A stretch of DNA of 64,000 nt from Rickettsiales bacterium. Its GTDB lineage: Bacteria; Pseudomonadota; Alphaproteobacteria; Rs-D84. The translations under genes and the position numbers were made by a program. The notes beneath the pieces are model-generated. The model was given only the letters and a program-made list of their open reading frames with translations, did no database searches and was not told the origin of the DNA. The DNA lies in NCBI GenBank assembly GCA_031279085.1, contig JAITJD010000009.1:97232-161231 (forward strand), given 5' to 3'. The first letter of the stretch is position 1, and each line of letters begins with the position of its first letter. Of the stretch, positions 8,939-16,446 are shown in pieces.

Positions 8939-11002
8939 ATGAGGAAACTGATTGCGATTTTTATATTGTGTCTTGCGCCTTGCGTGGCGCCGGCGGATTC
9001 GCCGCTGTCTGGCACGGCCGGCAACAATTTGACCGCCTTTAACAGCGGCATGGGCTCGATAAATAACAATTCTTGGAATCAGATGACGAACAACAGGACG
9101 CCGGCGGCTGATTTTGGGAACTGCAACTCATTGATTCTGCGCTGCGCGCAGCCGAAATGCGCGTCCGGCGGCTGCATCAGCATGGAAATCGCGTATCCGA
9201 TTGTTTCCGGCTGCGTCATGTCGAACGCGACCTGCAAGGGACATGGCGAGGCATTGATTCAGGCTATTTCCGCACAGCTTGTCGCAAATTCCACCGCCAA
9301 GGCCAATGAGCAGATGGCCAGCGCGCAGGCCTCGGCCACTGCGGCGGCCGCCGCGCAAAGCGAACAGCAAATGCAGCAGATGCAAATGCAGATGCAGGAA
9401 ATGCAGAATCAGATGTCCCAGCAGGCGGCGCAATCCGCGGCGGCGGTTCAAGCCGCGCTGGAAGAGCAAAAACAACTTGCGGCCGCCGCTGCGGCGGAAA
9501 GCGCCGCGCGCGATGAAGCCGCCAGGGCTGCGGCTGCGGCGGCCGCCCCCGCTCAACAGATTGCGGCGGCTGCCAGCATGGGCGTGTCCCCCGATGTTCT
9601 GGCGCGCGAACAGGCGTCCGGCCAGATTATGACCCAGCTGGAAAATGCCGATGTCGCATTGAAATCCTTAAAGACGAAAATGAGGACCATTTTTGACTAC
9701 GCAAGATGCGATCCGTCGGGAAACAACTGCACCGGCCCCAAGCGGGTGAAGATATTCAAGCAAAAGGCGAATGAATTTTTCGAACCGTACGAAACCGTAT
9801 TGGATGAAGTTTATGACGCGCTGATTATGGCCCAGTCATTGGGCGTCGACATTACTGATATTTACATGATGCTGAACGACAGCTGCAATACATGGGGAAA
9901 ATACATGTGCGCGCCATGCGAAGGGGAAAGGCCCGGCGTCCTTGGCAGATCCGACTTTGAAAGCACTCATCCTTGCACATGCATGGGCACGGGGGAAAAC
10001 CGGTCTTGTTTTTACGATGTCAAAAGAAATATTGCATCGGACGGCTCTACGAAAGTGTCGGCGAAACAGGAACAGTGCCAATTGCAGCGAATGATTACAT
10101 CGTCGGAAGAAGTTCAGCAAAACTGGCTGGAAATGGATACCGGCTCTTCGGGCGGGATACGCGTTGCGTGCGCTTCGGATGCGCTGGACAATTCCGTTTT
10201 GTTCAGAAACCGCAAAAAGCAGGCCAAGATAGATATTGAAGTATTGGAACGTCTGATTAATCAGGATGCGGGCATCACGATTCCAAAAGGACAGGAAAAA
10301 GGTTGGATAACGCGCTATTGCAGCGTTGATGACAATGATGTGCCAATGCTGCAAACTTTGGTTCAGAAAAAAGCCCTAACCACATCGGGTTTTGGAAAGA
10401 TGTGCGTTGCGGAAAAAGACCTAAAAGCAAGAGCAGTGTCCAGCGCGTTTGTTTATAATGCTGCAGAAAATATAGCAAGAACCAATTGTGAAAGCACCAC
10501 CGCTGAATCATCATTTAAAACTAAGAATGATATAGAATGTAAATATGGTAATGGTAATACAGGGTGCGGTACAGTGCCAACAGGTACTGCTGATACGGAG
10601 GCAAGAAAAAAAGCAATTGAAATTTGTATTAAGTCAGAAGAACCAATTGTTCAAAAAGAATTGATTAAAGACTGCACAGAGTCCAAAGGCGTTTGGGATA
10701 ATGGAAACTGTAAATGTGGCGATGGTGAACTTGAAAAACTAACTTGTACAGGTCATACTATATCAACAGTTGAAGAGACTCGTTTTACAGATGATGAGAA
10801 TTATGAAATTAAGGAAGACTGTGAAAATGCGAATCCAAATTACGAATGCTACTCATTCAAAGCCAAAGGTAAGACCTATTGGCGTAAGAGCGAATTACGC
10901 AAAAGCACGAGTACAAGCTCCGTCCTATTCCTCCCCACAGTTGCTACACCTAAATTTAATACAAAAATCACTGGAAATGATTATTACAACTTTCTCAATT
11001 AG
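8939..11002 (+). CDS. large secreted cysteine-rich protein with Ala/Gln-rich low-complexity coiled region (paralog 1 of 3)
   Basis: GAGAG SD upstream of ATG 8939. Signal peptide MRKLIAIFILCLAPCVAPADS. C-x5-7-C-x4-6-C motifs (NCNSLILRCAQPKCASGGC). AAAAAQSEQQMQQMQMQMQEMQNQ tract. Confidence 0.7.
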   Translation: MRKLIAIFILCLAPCVAPADSPLSGTAGNNLTAFNSGMGSINNNSWNQMTNNRTPAADFGNCNSLILRCAQPKCASGGCISMEIAYPIVSGCVMSNATCKGHGEALIQAISAQLVANSTAKANEQMASAQASATAAAAAQSEQQMQQMQMQMQEMQNQMSQQAAQSAAAVQAALEEQKQLAAAAAAESAARDEAARAAAAAAAPAQQIAAAASMGVSPDVLAREQASGQIMTQLENADVALKSLKTKMRTIFDYARCDPSGNNCTGPKRVKIFKQKANEFFEPYETVLDEVYDALIMAQSLGVDITDIYMMLNDSCNTWGKYMCAPCEGERPGVLGRSDFESTHPCTCMGTGENRSCFYDVKRNIASDGSTKVSAKQEQCQLQRMITSSEEVQQNWLEMDTGSSGGIRVACASDALDNSVLFRNRKKQAKIDIEVLERLINQDAGITIPKGQEKGWITRYCSVDDNDVPMLQTLVQKKALTTSGFGKMCVAEKDLKARAVSSAFVYNAAENIARTNCESTTAESSFKTKNDIECKYGNGNTGCGTVPTGTADTEARKKAIEICIKSEEPIVQKELIKDCTESKGVWDNGNCKCGDGELEKLTCTGHTISTVEETRFTDDENYEIKEDCENANPNYECYSFKAKGKTYWRKSELRKSTSTSSVLFLPTVATPKFNTKITGNDYYNFLN

Positions 11003-11023
11003 AACGTAAAATTTTGAATAAAA

Positions 11024-11740
11024 ATGAAAACAAAAAACAGATTTTTTTATGAAACTTTGCGGCGCGGCGCATTTGCAGTCTTGTGTCTTGCGCCATGCGC
11101 TTTGTTTGCGGCAACCGATACAAGCTGCGACGATGAGAGGAACGATTTTATCAACCAGCGCCTGGCGCTGTGCAGCACGCATGTGTATAATATCGGCGCG
11201 TCGCAAAATCCTGAATCGCTGGAAGTCCGGCAGACTATGAACGAAGTTGTGGCATTGAAAACGACTATCATGACGCAGCAGATAAAAAAACAGTATGACG
11301 CCTTGGAAACAACAGTTAAAAGACTAAAAACGCAATTGGAAAAAGCCATATTGACCGCCAGCATGGAAGCCGCCGGCGCATCAAAAGAGGAATCTTCAAG
11401 CAACAGCAGAAAATCCAACTATATTGAAAGCAGCTTCAAACCCAAGGCCGAAACCATTAATATTGTTCGTCAAAATCTTTCCAGCATAATCAGCGAATTG
11501 TCCGGCAAAAGCGATAGCGCAATGGTATCGTCTCAAATAAAGAAACAGATAGTAAAAGATGCCGACAATATAGCCGCATTCTCGGGCTCAGGTCAATCAG
11601 GTAAATTACCTGACTGTGCAGAAAACAAATTGAGTAATGTCGCGAATGCGAGAAAATGCATGCAAGATATAAATGGCAGAATTGATGCTATAGAAAACAA
11701 TACATCTCAGCAAAATTTATTTCCCTGGTCTTCGCGTTAA
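11024..11740 (+). CDS. secreted coiled-coil protein, unknown function
   Basis: 21-nt gap after the preceding gene. Signal-like AFAVLCLAPCALFAATD. Helical heptad-like middle region and four Cys. Confidence 0.55.
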   Translation: MKTKNRFFYETLRRGAFAVLCLAPCALFAATDTSCDDERNDFINQRLALCSTHVYNIGASQNPESLEVRQTMNEVVALKTTIMTQQIKKQYDALETTVKRLKTQLEKAILTASMEAAGASKEESSSNSRKSNYIESSFKPKAETINIVRQNLSSIISELSGKSDSAMVSSQIKKQIVKDADNIAAFSGSGQSGKLPDCAENKLSNVANARKCMQDINGRIDAIENNTSQQNLFPWSSR

Positions 11741-12015
11741 TAAACTAACTTTTGCCGGTTTATATTTTGCAGTTATTTTAGTATAGCGGTAATTCTATGC
11801 TGTCTTCAATTATTATAAGAATAATATTAAATATTCAATCAATATTTGCGTCTTAGAAATTATCCTTTTAGGACGCCAAACCTCAAAAAAGTAATTGATA
11901 TAAAATAAGTATTCAATCATAATTAGAATATAATCTTATTAATTAGGATTATAATCAAACTAATCCCAAAAACTATACCATGTTGCGGGATTATAACCAA
12001 AGCGAGAGAGAAAAA

Positions 12016-12258
12016 ATGATGACTCATGAGGATGTATGGAAAGCAATAGAGCTGTTTGCTAACGAGCACAACATGTCTTGTTCCGGACTGGCCAAGACTA
12101 GCGGAATGGATCCGACCACTTTCAACAAAAGCAAGAGGTGGTCCAAGGAAGGACAGCCCCGATGGCCGTCTACTTTAAGCATATCGAAGATACTGTCATC
12201 TACGGGCTGCAACATAGCTGACTTTACCAGATTCATAAAGAATCCCGACGACCAATAG
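12016..12258 (+). CDS. HTH transcriptional regulator: N-terminal DNA-binding domain of an alphaproteobacterial S24/LexA-like repressor, with no peptidase domain
   Basis: GAGAGAG SD upstream of ATG 12016/12019. MMTHEDVWKAIELFANEHNMSCSGLAKTSGMDPTTFNKSKRWSKEGQPRWPSTLSISKIL matches the conserved alpha-type repressor N-terminus from memory. The ORF stops after 80 aa. Confidence 0.7.
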   Translation: MMTHEDVWKAIELFANEHNMSCSGLAKTSGMDPTTFNKSKRWSKEGQPRWPSTLSISKILSSTGCNIADFTRFIKNPDDQ

Positions 12259-12472
12259 TTCATGTGCTATTAGTTCATGTGCTATGATTGAGATTCTAAG
12301 TCAGGGAACTGACATCTGTTGATATCTTATGGACAATGGCATAGAAGTCTGTTGTAGTCTGATATCGGTGCGATTTCTGACATAATCTGTGGCGCCTGGT
12401 TTAATCGACTTGGTGCTGTGAAATCATGCTCGGCTGTTAAGAAATAGGACTAACCCAGCTTTAATTATTATA

Positions 12473-12696
12473 CCAAGTTTAGAACTTGGGATATGCCCCT
12501 TCTTGGTAAAGAGGAGGAGAATCCGAGCACGGGGCACGCCCCTCTTGATAAAGAGGGACTAATCCAAGCACGGGACATGCCCCTCTTGATAAAGAAGAGG
12601 ACAAATCTGAGCTCGGGATATGCCCCTCTTGATAAAGAGGGGAGGTTTTCCGAGCAAGCTTCGCTTGCCGGAAAAACGGGGAGATTTCTGGTTGAG
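12473..12696 (+). repeat. family-A modular hairpin repeat cluster A1 (includes a ~40-bp tandem unit x3.5)
   Basis: CCAAGTTTAGAACTTGG hairpin, then four copies or variants of GCCCCTCTTGATAAAGAGGGG spaced ~40 bp apart. These are followed by the GGTTTTCCGAGCAAGCTTCGCTTGCCGGAAAAAC hairpin and a GGGGAGATTTCTGGTT tail. Confidence 0.85.
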
Positions 12697-12815
12697 TATT
12701 AAAAATAAGAATATTTCTTCTTCCTTTTTTGTTTATAAGAAAAGATTATTTGTTTTTTTTATTATTAAGAATAAATCCTTTGTATAAATCATAAATTCTA
12801 TTAGTGCCAATCTTT

Positions 12816-13058
12816 AACCAAAAATCCCCCAAGAGTTGCTAGCTTCGCCTATGGCTCAGCAAGCCAACTCTGTCCCCCTTTACCAAGGGGGACAAATCCG
12901 AGACCGAATTCTTGCGCCAAGTTTTGAACTTGGGTTAAGCCCCTCTTGATAAAGAGGGAGAATCCTAGCGTGGCTTAGCCCCTCTTGATAAAGAGGGGAG
13001 AAAAGCTAGGAGCTTGCGTAAGCAAGCGACCCAAGCTTTTCGGGGAGATGTTTGGTTT
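12816..13058 (+). repeat. family-A repeat cluster A2 (~240-bp higher-order unit)
   Basis: Its reverse complement matches 36690-36870 and 36950-37060 module for module (GGGGGACAGAGTTGGCTTGCTGAGCC..., CCCCTCTTGATAAAGAGGGG, GAAAAGCT..GCGTAAGCAAGC..AGCTTTTC, GGGGAGAT). Confidence 0.85.
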
Positions 13059-13090
13059 AATAACATCGGCCAAATAATCATTTTTCTCAA

Positions 13091-13119
13091 TTGACAACAA
13101 TTTGAAAACAGTTCAAAAT
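13091..13119 (+). promoter_or_regulatory. sigma70-type promoter TTGACA-N17-CAAAAT of the small Cys-rich gene (copy 1)
   Basis: Conserved with copy 2 at 50086-50114 (TTGACA-N17-CATAAT). Confidence 0.5.
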
Positions 13120-13144
13120 ATATGAGAAAAGTTTCTATAAAACT

Positions 13145-13191
13145 ATGCCTAATCTAAACCACCGTTTATTTTAGGCATTTTTTTATTTTTT
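13145..13191 (+). promoter_or_regulatory. leader element: 9-codon uORF (MPNLNHRLF*) overlapping a terminator-like hairpin TGCCTAA...TTAGGCA plus T-run
   Basis: ATGCCTAATC duplicates the main ORF start. 7-bp stem at 13146-13152/13171-13177, followed by TTTTTTTATTTTTT. Confidence 0.4.
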
Positions 13192-13229
13192 AAAATCCAT
13201 GATTTCTGCGACATTTTGAACCCCCCGAT

Positions 13230-13676
13230 ATGCCTAATCCAAAGGGTGGTTTGTTATGTGCAATCTTGGCTGTTGCAGTGTCAGTCAATACAGCAGACGG
13301 GGCAACAGGCTATGCGTGTTATTCTTCGACGCCAACAAGTCCTACTTCGTGCAGTAGTTCTACATACACCGACTACACAGGCGGTTGGGCTGTTTACGGC
13401 TGCACTGGCAGCAATGTCAGATTATTTTACGGCGCCAGCGGCTGTTCAGAAACATCTGGAACTTTTGGTGTTGCTGGCAGTCCGACATTTACTTCCAGCG
13501 GCGGACAGTATTGCTGGTGCAGGATGTACGGACCAGATTTGGGTTCTGTGTCGGGTTCGTGGGTCCTCCACAACGTCTACGGCTCTGCGTCTTATTGCGC
13601 TTACGATTGCGCTCTCAACTGCGCGGCCGGCGCCGCGTACTTTTCCGACTATCGGTCGGCGCTGTTTTCTAATTAA
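13230..13676 (+). CDS. small secreted cysteine-rich protein (paralog A)
   Basis: Signal peptide MPNPKGGLLCAILAVAVSVNTA. Nine Cys in the ~125-aa mature part. Roughly 75% identical by eye to the product of 50225-50668. Confidence 0.7.
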   Translation: MPNPKGGLLCAILAVAVSVNTADGATGYACYSSTPTSPTSCSSSTYTDYTGGWAVYGCTGSNVRLFYGASGCSETSGTFGVAGSPTFTSSGGQYCWCRMYGPDLGSVSGSWVLHNVYGSASYCAYDCALNCAAGAAYFSDYRSALFSN

Positions 13677-13680
13677 AAAT

Positions 13681-13780
13681 GGGGAGACAAATCCGAGCAC
13701 AGGACATGCCCCTCTTGATAAAGAGGGGCGGTTTTCCGAGCAAGCTTGCTTGCCGGAAAAACGGGGAGATTTGTGGTTGG
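13681..13780 (+). repeat. family-A repeat cluster A3
   Basis: GGGGAGACAAATCCGAGCAC..GCCCCTCTTGATAAAGAGGGG..GGTTTTCCGAGCAAGCTTGCTTGCCGGAAAAAC..GGGGAGATTTGTGGTT, located between the Cys-rich gene and the fabZ 3' end. Confidence 0.85.
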
Positions 13781-13829
13781 TTATTATATGAAAAAAAGCG
13801 GAAACGACAGCAGAAACTGCGCCCGGGGT

Positions 13830-14273
13830 TTAACTAATATCGGGTTTGGTCTGCATTATTGCTGTAAATGTGGCCTCAGACACTTTTTTCCCGCCGACCA
13901 TCGCGATGCCGTGGAATTTGTAAAGCGTCATTTTGGTTATTATTAATTCGACATGCAGCTCTAATATATCTCCGGGCTTCACCATATGATAAAATTTGAT
14001 TTTTTCCATTGTTGTGAAATAACCGGTGCTCTTTTCGCCCGTAGTATGCAATCTTTTGAATGCGATGAAGCAGGCTGTTTGAGCCAGCGCTTCAATCTGT
14101 AAAACGCCGGGCATTATCGGATTGTCGGGAAAATGCCCCGCGCACCAGAATTCGTCGCCGCGGACATGCTTAATCCCGACGCCGCTATTTTCGTCAAAGC
14201 TGCGGATTTCATCAATCAGCCGCATGTCGCCACGATGCGGAATTATTTCTTCAATGCCTTTTGCGTCTATCAT
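13830..14273 (-). CDS. fabZ: 3-hydroxyacyl-ACP dehydratase
   Basis: IPHRGDMRLID...GHFPDNPIMPGVLQIEALAQ hot-dog motifs. GGAG SD upstream of ATG 14273; the listed ORF extends spuriously upstream into lpxD. Confidence 0.9.
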   Translation of the reverse strand: MIDAKGIEEIIPHRGDMRLIDEIRSFDENSGVGIKHVRGDEFWCAGHFPDNPIMPGVLQIEALAQTACFIAFKRLHTTGEKSTGYFTTMEKIKFYHMVKPGDILELHVELIITKMTLYKFHGIAMVGGKKVSEATFTAIMQTKPDIS

Positions 14274-14298
14274 TTTATGCTCCGTGAGTTCATAGGTC

Positions 14299-15342
14299 TT
14301 ACGATTTTGTTTGCTTGCGCAGCCACGCATAGTGGCGCATAAATTCCGTGCCCGGGCCGGCCGGATAACCCATGTGTTTCGCCCCGTCCGGAACATCGCG
14401 GAATACCCCGCTGTTCGCGCCGATTTCCGAATCGTTTCCGACTTTGACGCCGTTTGCAATGCCCACATGCCCGCCTATCAGCGCGCGGTCGCCGATAACG
14501 ACGCCGCCCGCAATGCCGACGCCGCCCGCCAGAAAGCATTCGCTGCCTATTATCACGCCGTGCGCGATCTGGCATAAATTATCGATTTTTGTGCCTTCGC
14601 CCACCAAAGTGTCGGCCATGGCGCCGCGGTCGATGCAGGAATTGGCGCCGACTGACACCCTGTTTCCAATGGCAACCCTGCCTACATGCGGTATGAACAC
14701 ATTTTTCCCTTCCGAGCGCGTAAAGCCAAAGCCGTCTTTGCCTATAACAGCGTTCGAATGAATCACGCAGTCTTCGCCGATGGTTGCGTTTTCAATATGC
14801 GCGCCGCTATGCACGACAGTTCCGCGCCCCATAGATACATTTTTGCCGATAAAAGCGCCGGGATAAATCTTTACATTTGCTTCAATGACGGCGCCGCGTT
14901 CAACAGTTGCGAATTGCCCTATATAAACAGAGCGCTTTTTGCGAAAAAACACTCCTCTTTCAACATGCGCGGCCCAATGCACGCCGAAACGAGGTTTTTC
15001 CTTGTATATTCGCCCCAGTATTTTGACAATGTTTCCACGCGGAGAATCCGTAATCAACAGAGTTGCGCCCTCTGGCGCGTTATGCGCGTGTTCGGGTTGC
15101 AGCAAAATCACATTGGCCTTGGTATTTTTCAACACATCGACAGGCAGGATTTTAAAGGCGGAGCTGTTTTGCTCAGTCGAATAAAAAGCCAGCTGACCGC
15201 GTCGCGCGTCGGCAATAGGCGCAACGCCGTAGATTTGCGTTTTCGGATCGCCGGACAGTTTAAGGCCGAATTCAGCCGCCAGCTCGCCTGCGGTGGTTTT
15301 CGCGCCGCGCGGCATAAATAAAGATTTTATAAATTTAAACAT
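14299..15342 (-). CDS. lpxD: UDP-3-O-(3-hydroxyacyl)glucosamine N-acyltransferase
   Basis: Left-handed beta-helix hexapeptide repeats (IAHGVIIGSECFLAGGVGIAGGVVIGDRALIGGHVGIANGVKVG) and the canonical lpxD-fabZ order. Confidence 0.9.
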   Translation of the reverse strand: MFKFIKSLFMPRGAKTTAGELAAEFGLKLSGDPKTQIYGVAPIADARRGQLAFYSTEQNSSAFKILPVDVLKNTKANVILLQPEHAHNAPEGATLLITDSPRGNIVKILGRIYKEKPRFGVHWAAHVERGVFFRKKRSVYIGQFATVERGAVIEANVKIYPGAFIGKNVSMGRGTVVHSGAHIENATIGEDCVIHSNAVIGKDGFGFTRSEGKNVFIPHVGRVAIGNRVSVGANSCIDRGAMADTLVGEGTKIDNLCQIAHGVIIGSECFLAGGVGIAGGVVIGDRALIGGHVGIANGVKVGNDSEIGANSGVFRDVPDGAKHMGYPAGPGTEFMRHYAWLRKQTKS

Positions 15343-15394
15343 GCAGCAATAATAACAGAAAATAGTTGATAGTCAATAGTCAACGGTCGCTAAT

Positions 15395-15729
15395 CCACAG
15401 TAATTAATCTTTGGGCGACTGGCGATTATTGACTATAAAAAATGGTTCCACGCTAAAAACCAACCCGCATCGGTATTGCCCTTGCGGGTCGTTTTTTGTT
15501 ACGGTCAGATTTCTATGTGCACAATATGTCTTTTTTCTCTCGTTTGTCCTTTATAAAGGACAAAGTTATTTTCAGACTTTGTTCACATCTAAATAATATA
15601 CGGACAATCGAGAATCGATAAAAAATAGTTCCGCTGAAAAAACAAAACCCGTATCAGTATTGCCCTTGTGGGTCGTTTTTTATCGGTGTCAAAATTCTCA
15701 TGTCCGGTATATGTCTGTTTTTCTCATCT
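15395..15729 (-). repeat. family-B cassette-array repeat block (two R/hairpin units plus the palindrome at 15544-15563)
   Basis: CCACAGTAATTAATCTTTGGGCGACTGGCGATTATTGACTATAAAAAAT..., hairpins AACCCGCATCGG..GCGGGT, R motifs at 15517 and 15693, and palindrome TTGTCCTTTATAAAGGACAA. Confidence 0.85.
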
Positions 15730-16290
15730 TTATTTCAACACTTCCCATAAATCCTCAAATGTCTCGCTTGTATCAGAAAAACAAAAATGTCCCATATCTG
15801 TGTAGTTATGCTGGATTATGCTAGGATATTCCTGCATAATACGTTCAGTGCTAACTTTTATGGAGTCCATATCGTCCGCTGAGAAAAATAAATGAACTTC
15901 TTTAACCCTATCCAACGCATTTTTATTAAGCGTGAATTCTAAAAATGGAGCTTCGAGCTTCTGTGGGTCAAGCCAAGGCGCGACCAAGAGCAGCTTATCT
16001 AGCGAGACGTTCGGATTTTCATGAATCCATTTAAGAAAAAAACCGCAACCTGCGCTGTGTCCAACCACGACCGAAAGGTTTTTGTGGTCTAACTGTTCAA
16101 AAGTCTTTTTCCATTCTTGATAAACAGGTTTGTAAGGTGTGGGCATTTCAAGACACTGGCATAATAGTCCTGCGCGCAAGAATCTTTGTTGTCACCACGG
16201 TAGCCAATGCGCGTTTGACGGCGACGGAAAATTCATTTCAAAGTATTCTTCTCTATCACAAACGCCATGCAATATCACTGCTGTTTTCAT
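15730..16290 (-). pseudogene. YdeN/RBBP9-type alpha/beta serine hydrolase with an in-frame TGA at codon 33
   Basis: AGGTG SD upstream of ATG 16290. MKTAVILHGV...NAHWLPW-TGA-QQRFL... continues in frame into the listed ORF (VVGHSAGCGFFLKW nucleophile elbow). The stop lies at 16192-16194. Confidence 0.6.
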
Positions 16291-16446
16291 TTTTACACCT
16301 TTCAATTACACGCAAATGATAGATGAAAACATGTCAGAAATAAAGATGAAAAATAAATTGTCCTTTATAAAGGACAATTTATTACTTTTATATTTTGCGA
16401 TATGCATTTTAATTCTATGTCCGCAATATGTCTTTTTTCTCTGTTT
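16291..16446 (-). repeat. family-B repeat block (palindrome 16358-16377 plus R motif 16417-16443)
   Basis: AAATTGTCCTTTATAAAGGACAATTT followed by TCTATGTCCGCAATATGTCTTTTTTCTC, which abuts the SDR stop codon. Confidence 0.8.

Noticed and set aside
9128-9632. ORFs 9128-9556 (-) and 9279-9632 (+) with Arg/Pro-rich products.
   Set aside because: They are alternative frames of the GCN/CAG low-complexity tract inside the Cys-rich gene, so they are frame artefacts.
12493-12660. Regularly spaced ~21-bp palindromic repeats (GCCCCTCTTGATAAAGAGGGG every ~40 bp) that look superficially like a CRISPR array.
   Set aside because: The ~19-bp 'spacers' are near-identical to each other (AATCCGAGCACGGGGCAC / AATCCAAGCACGGGACAT / AAATCTGAGCTCGGGATAT). 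This is therefore a tandem repeat of a 40-bp unit. There are only 3.5 units and no cas genes in the window.
12493-13791. ORFs 12493-12702 and 13216-13791 with repeated 'APLDKEG' peptides.
   Set aside because: They are translations through family-A hairpin repeats. ORF 13216-13791 is also an alternative frame of the better-supported Cys-rich gene at 13230-13676.
16192-16194. In-frame TGA in the hydrolase gene as evidence for a TGA=Trp genetic code or for selenocysteine.
   Set aside because: Well-supported genes in the same window terminate with TGA (rluB 7544-7546, valS 44681-44683, gyrA 48643-48645). The expected residue at this position is Leu, not Trp or Cys. No SECIS-like hairpin is evident.
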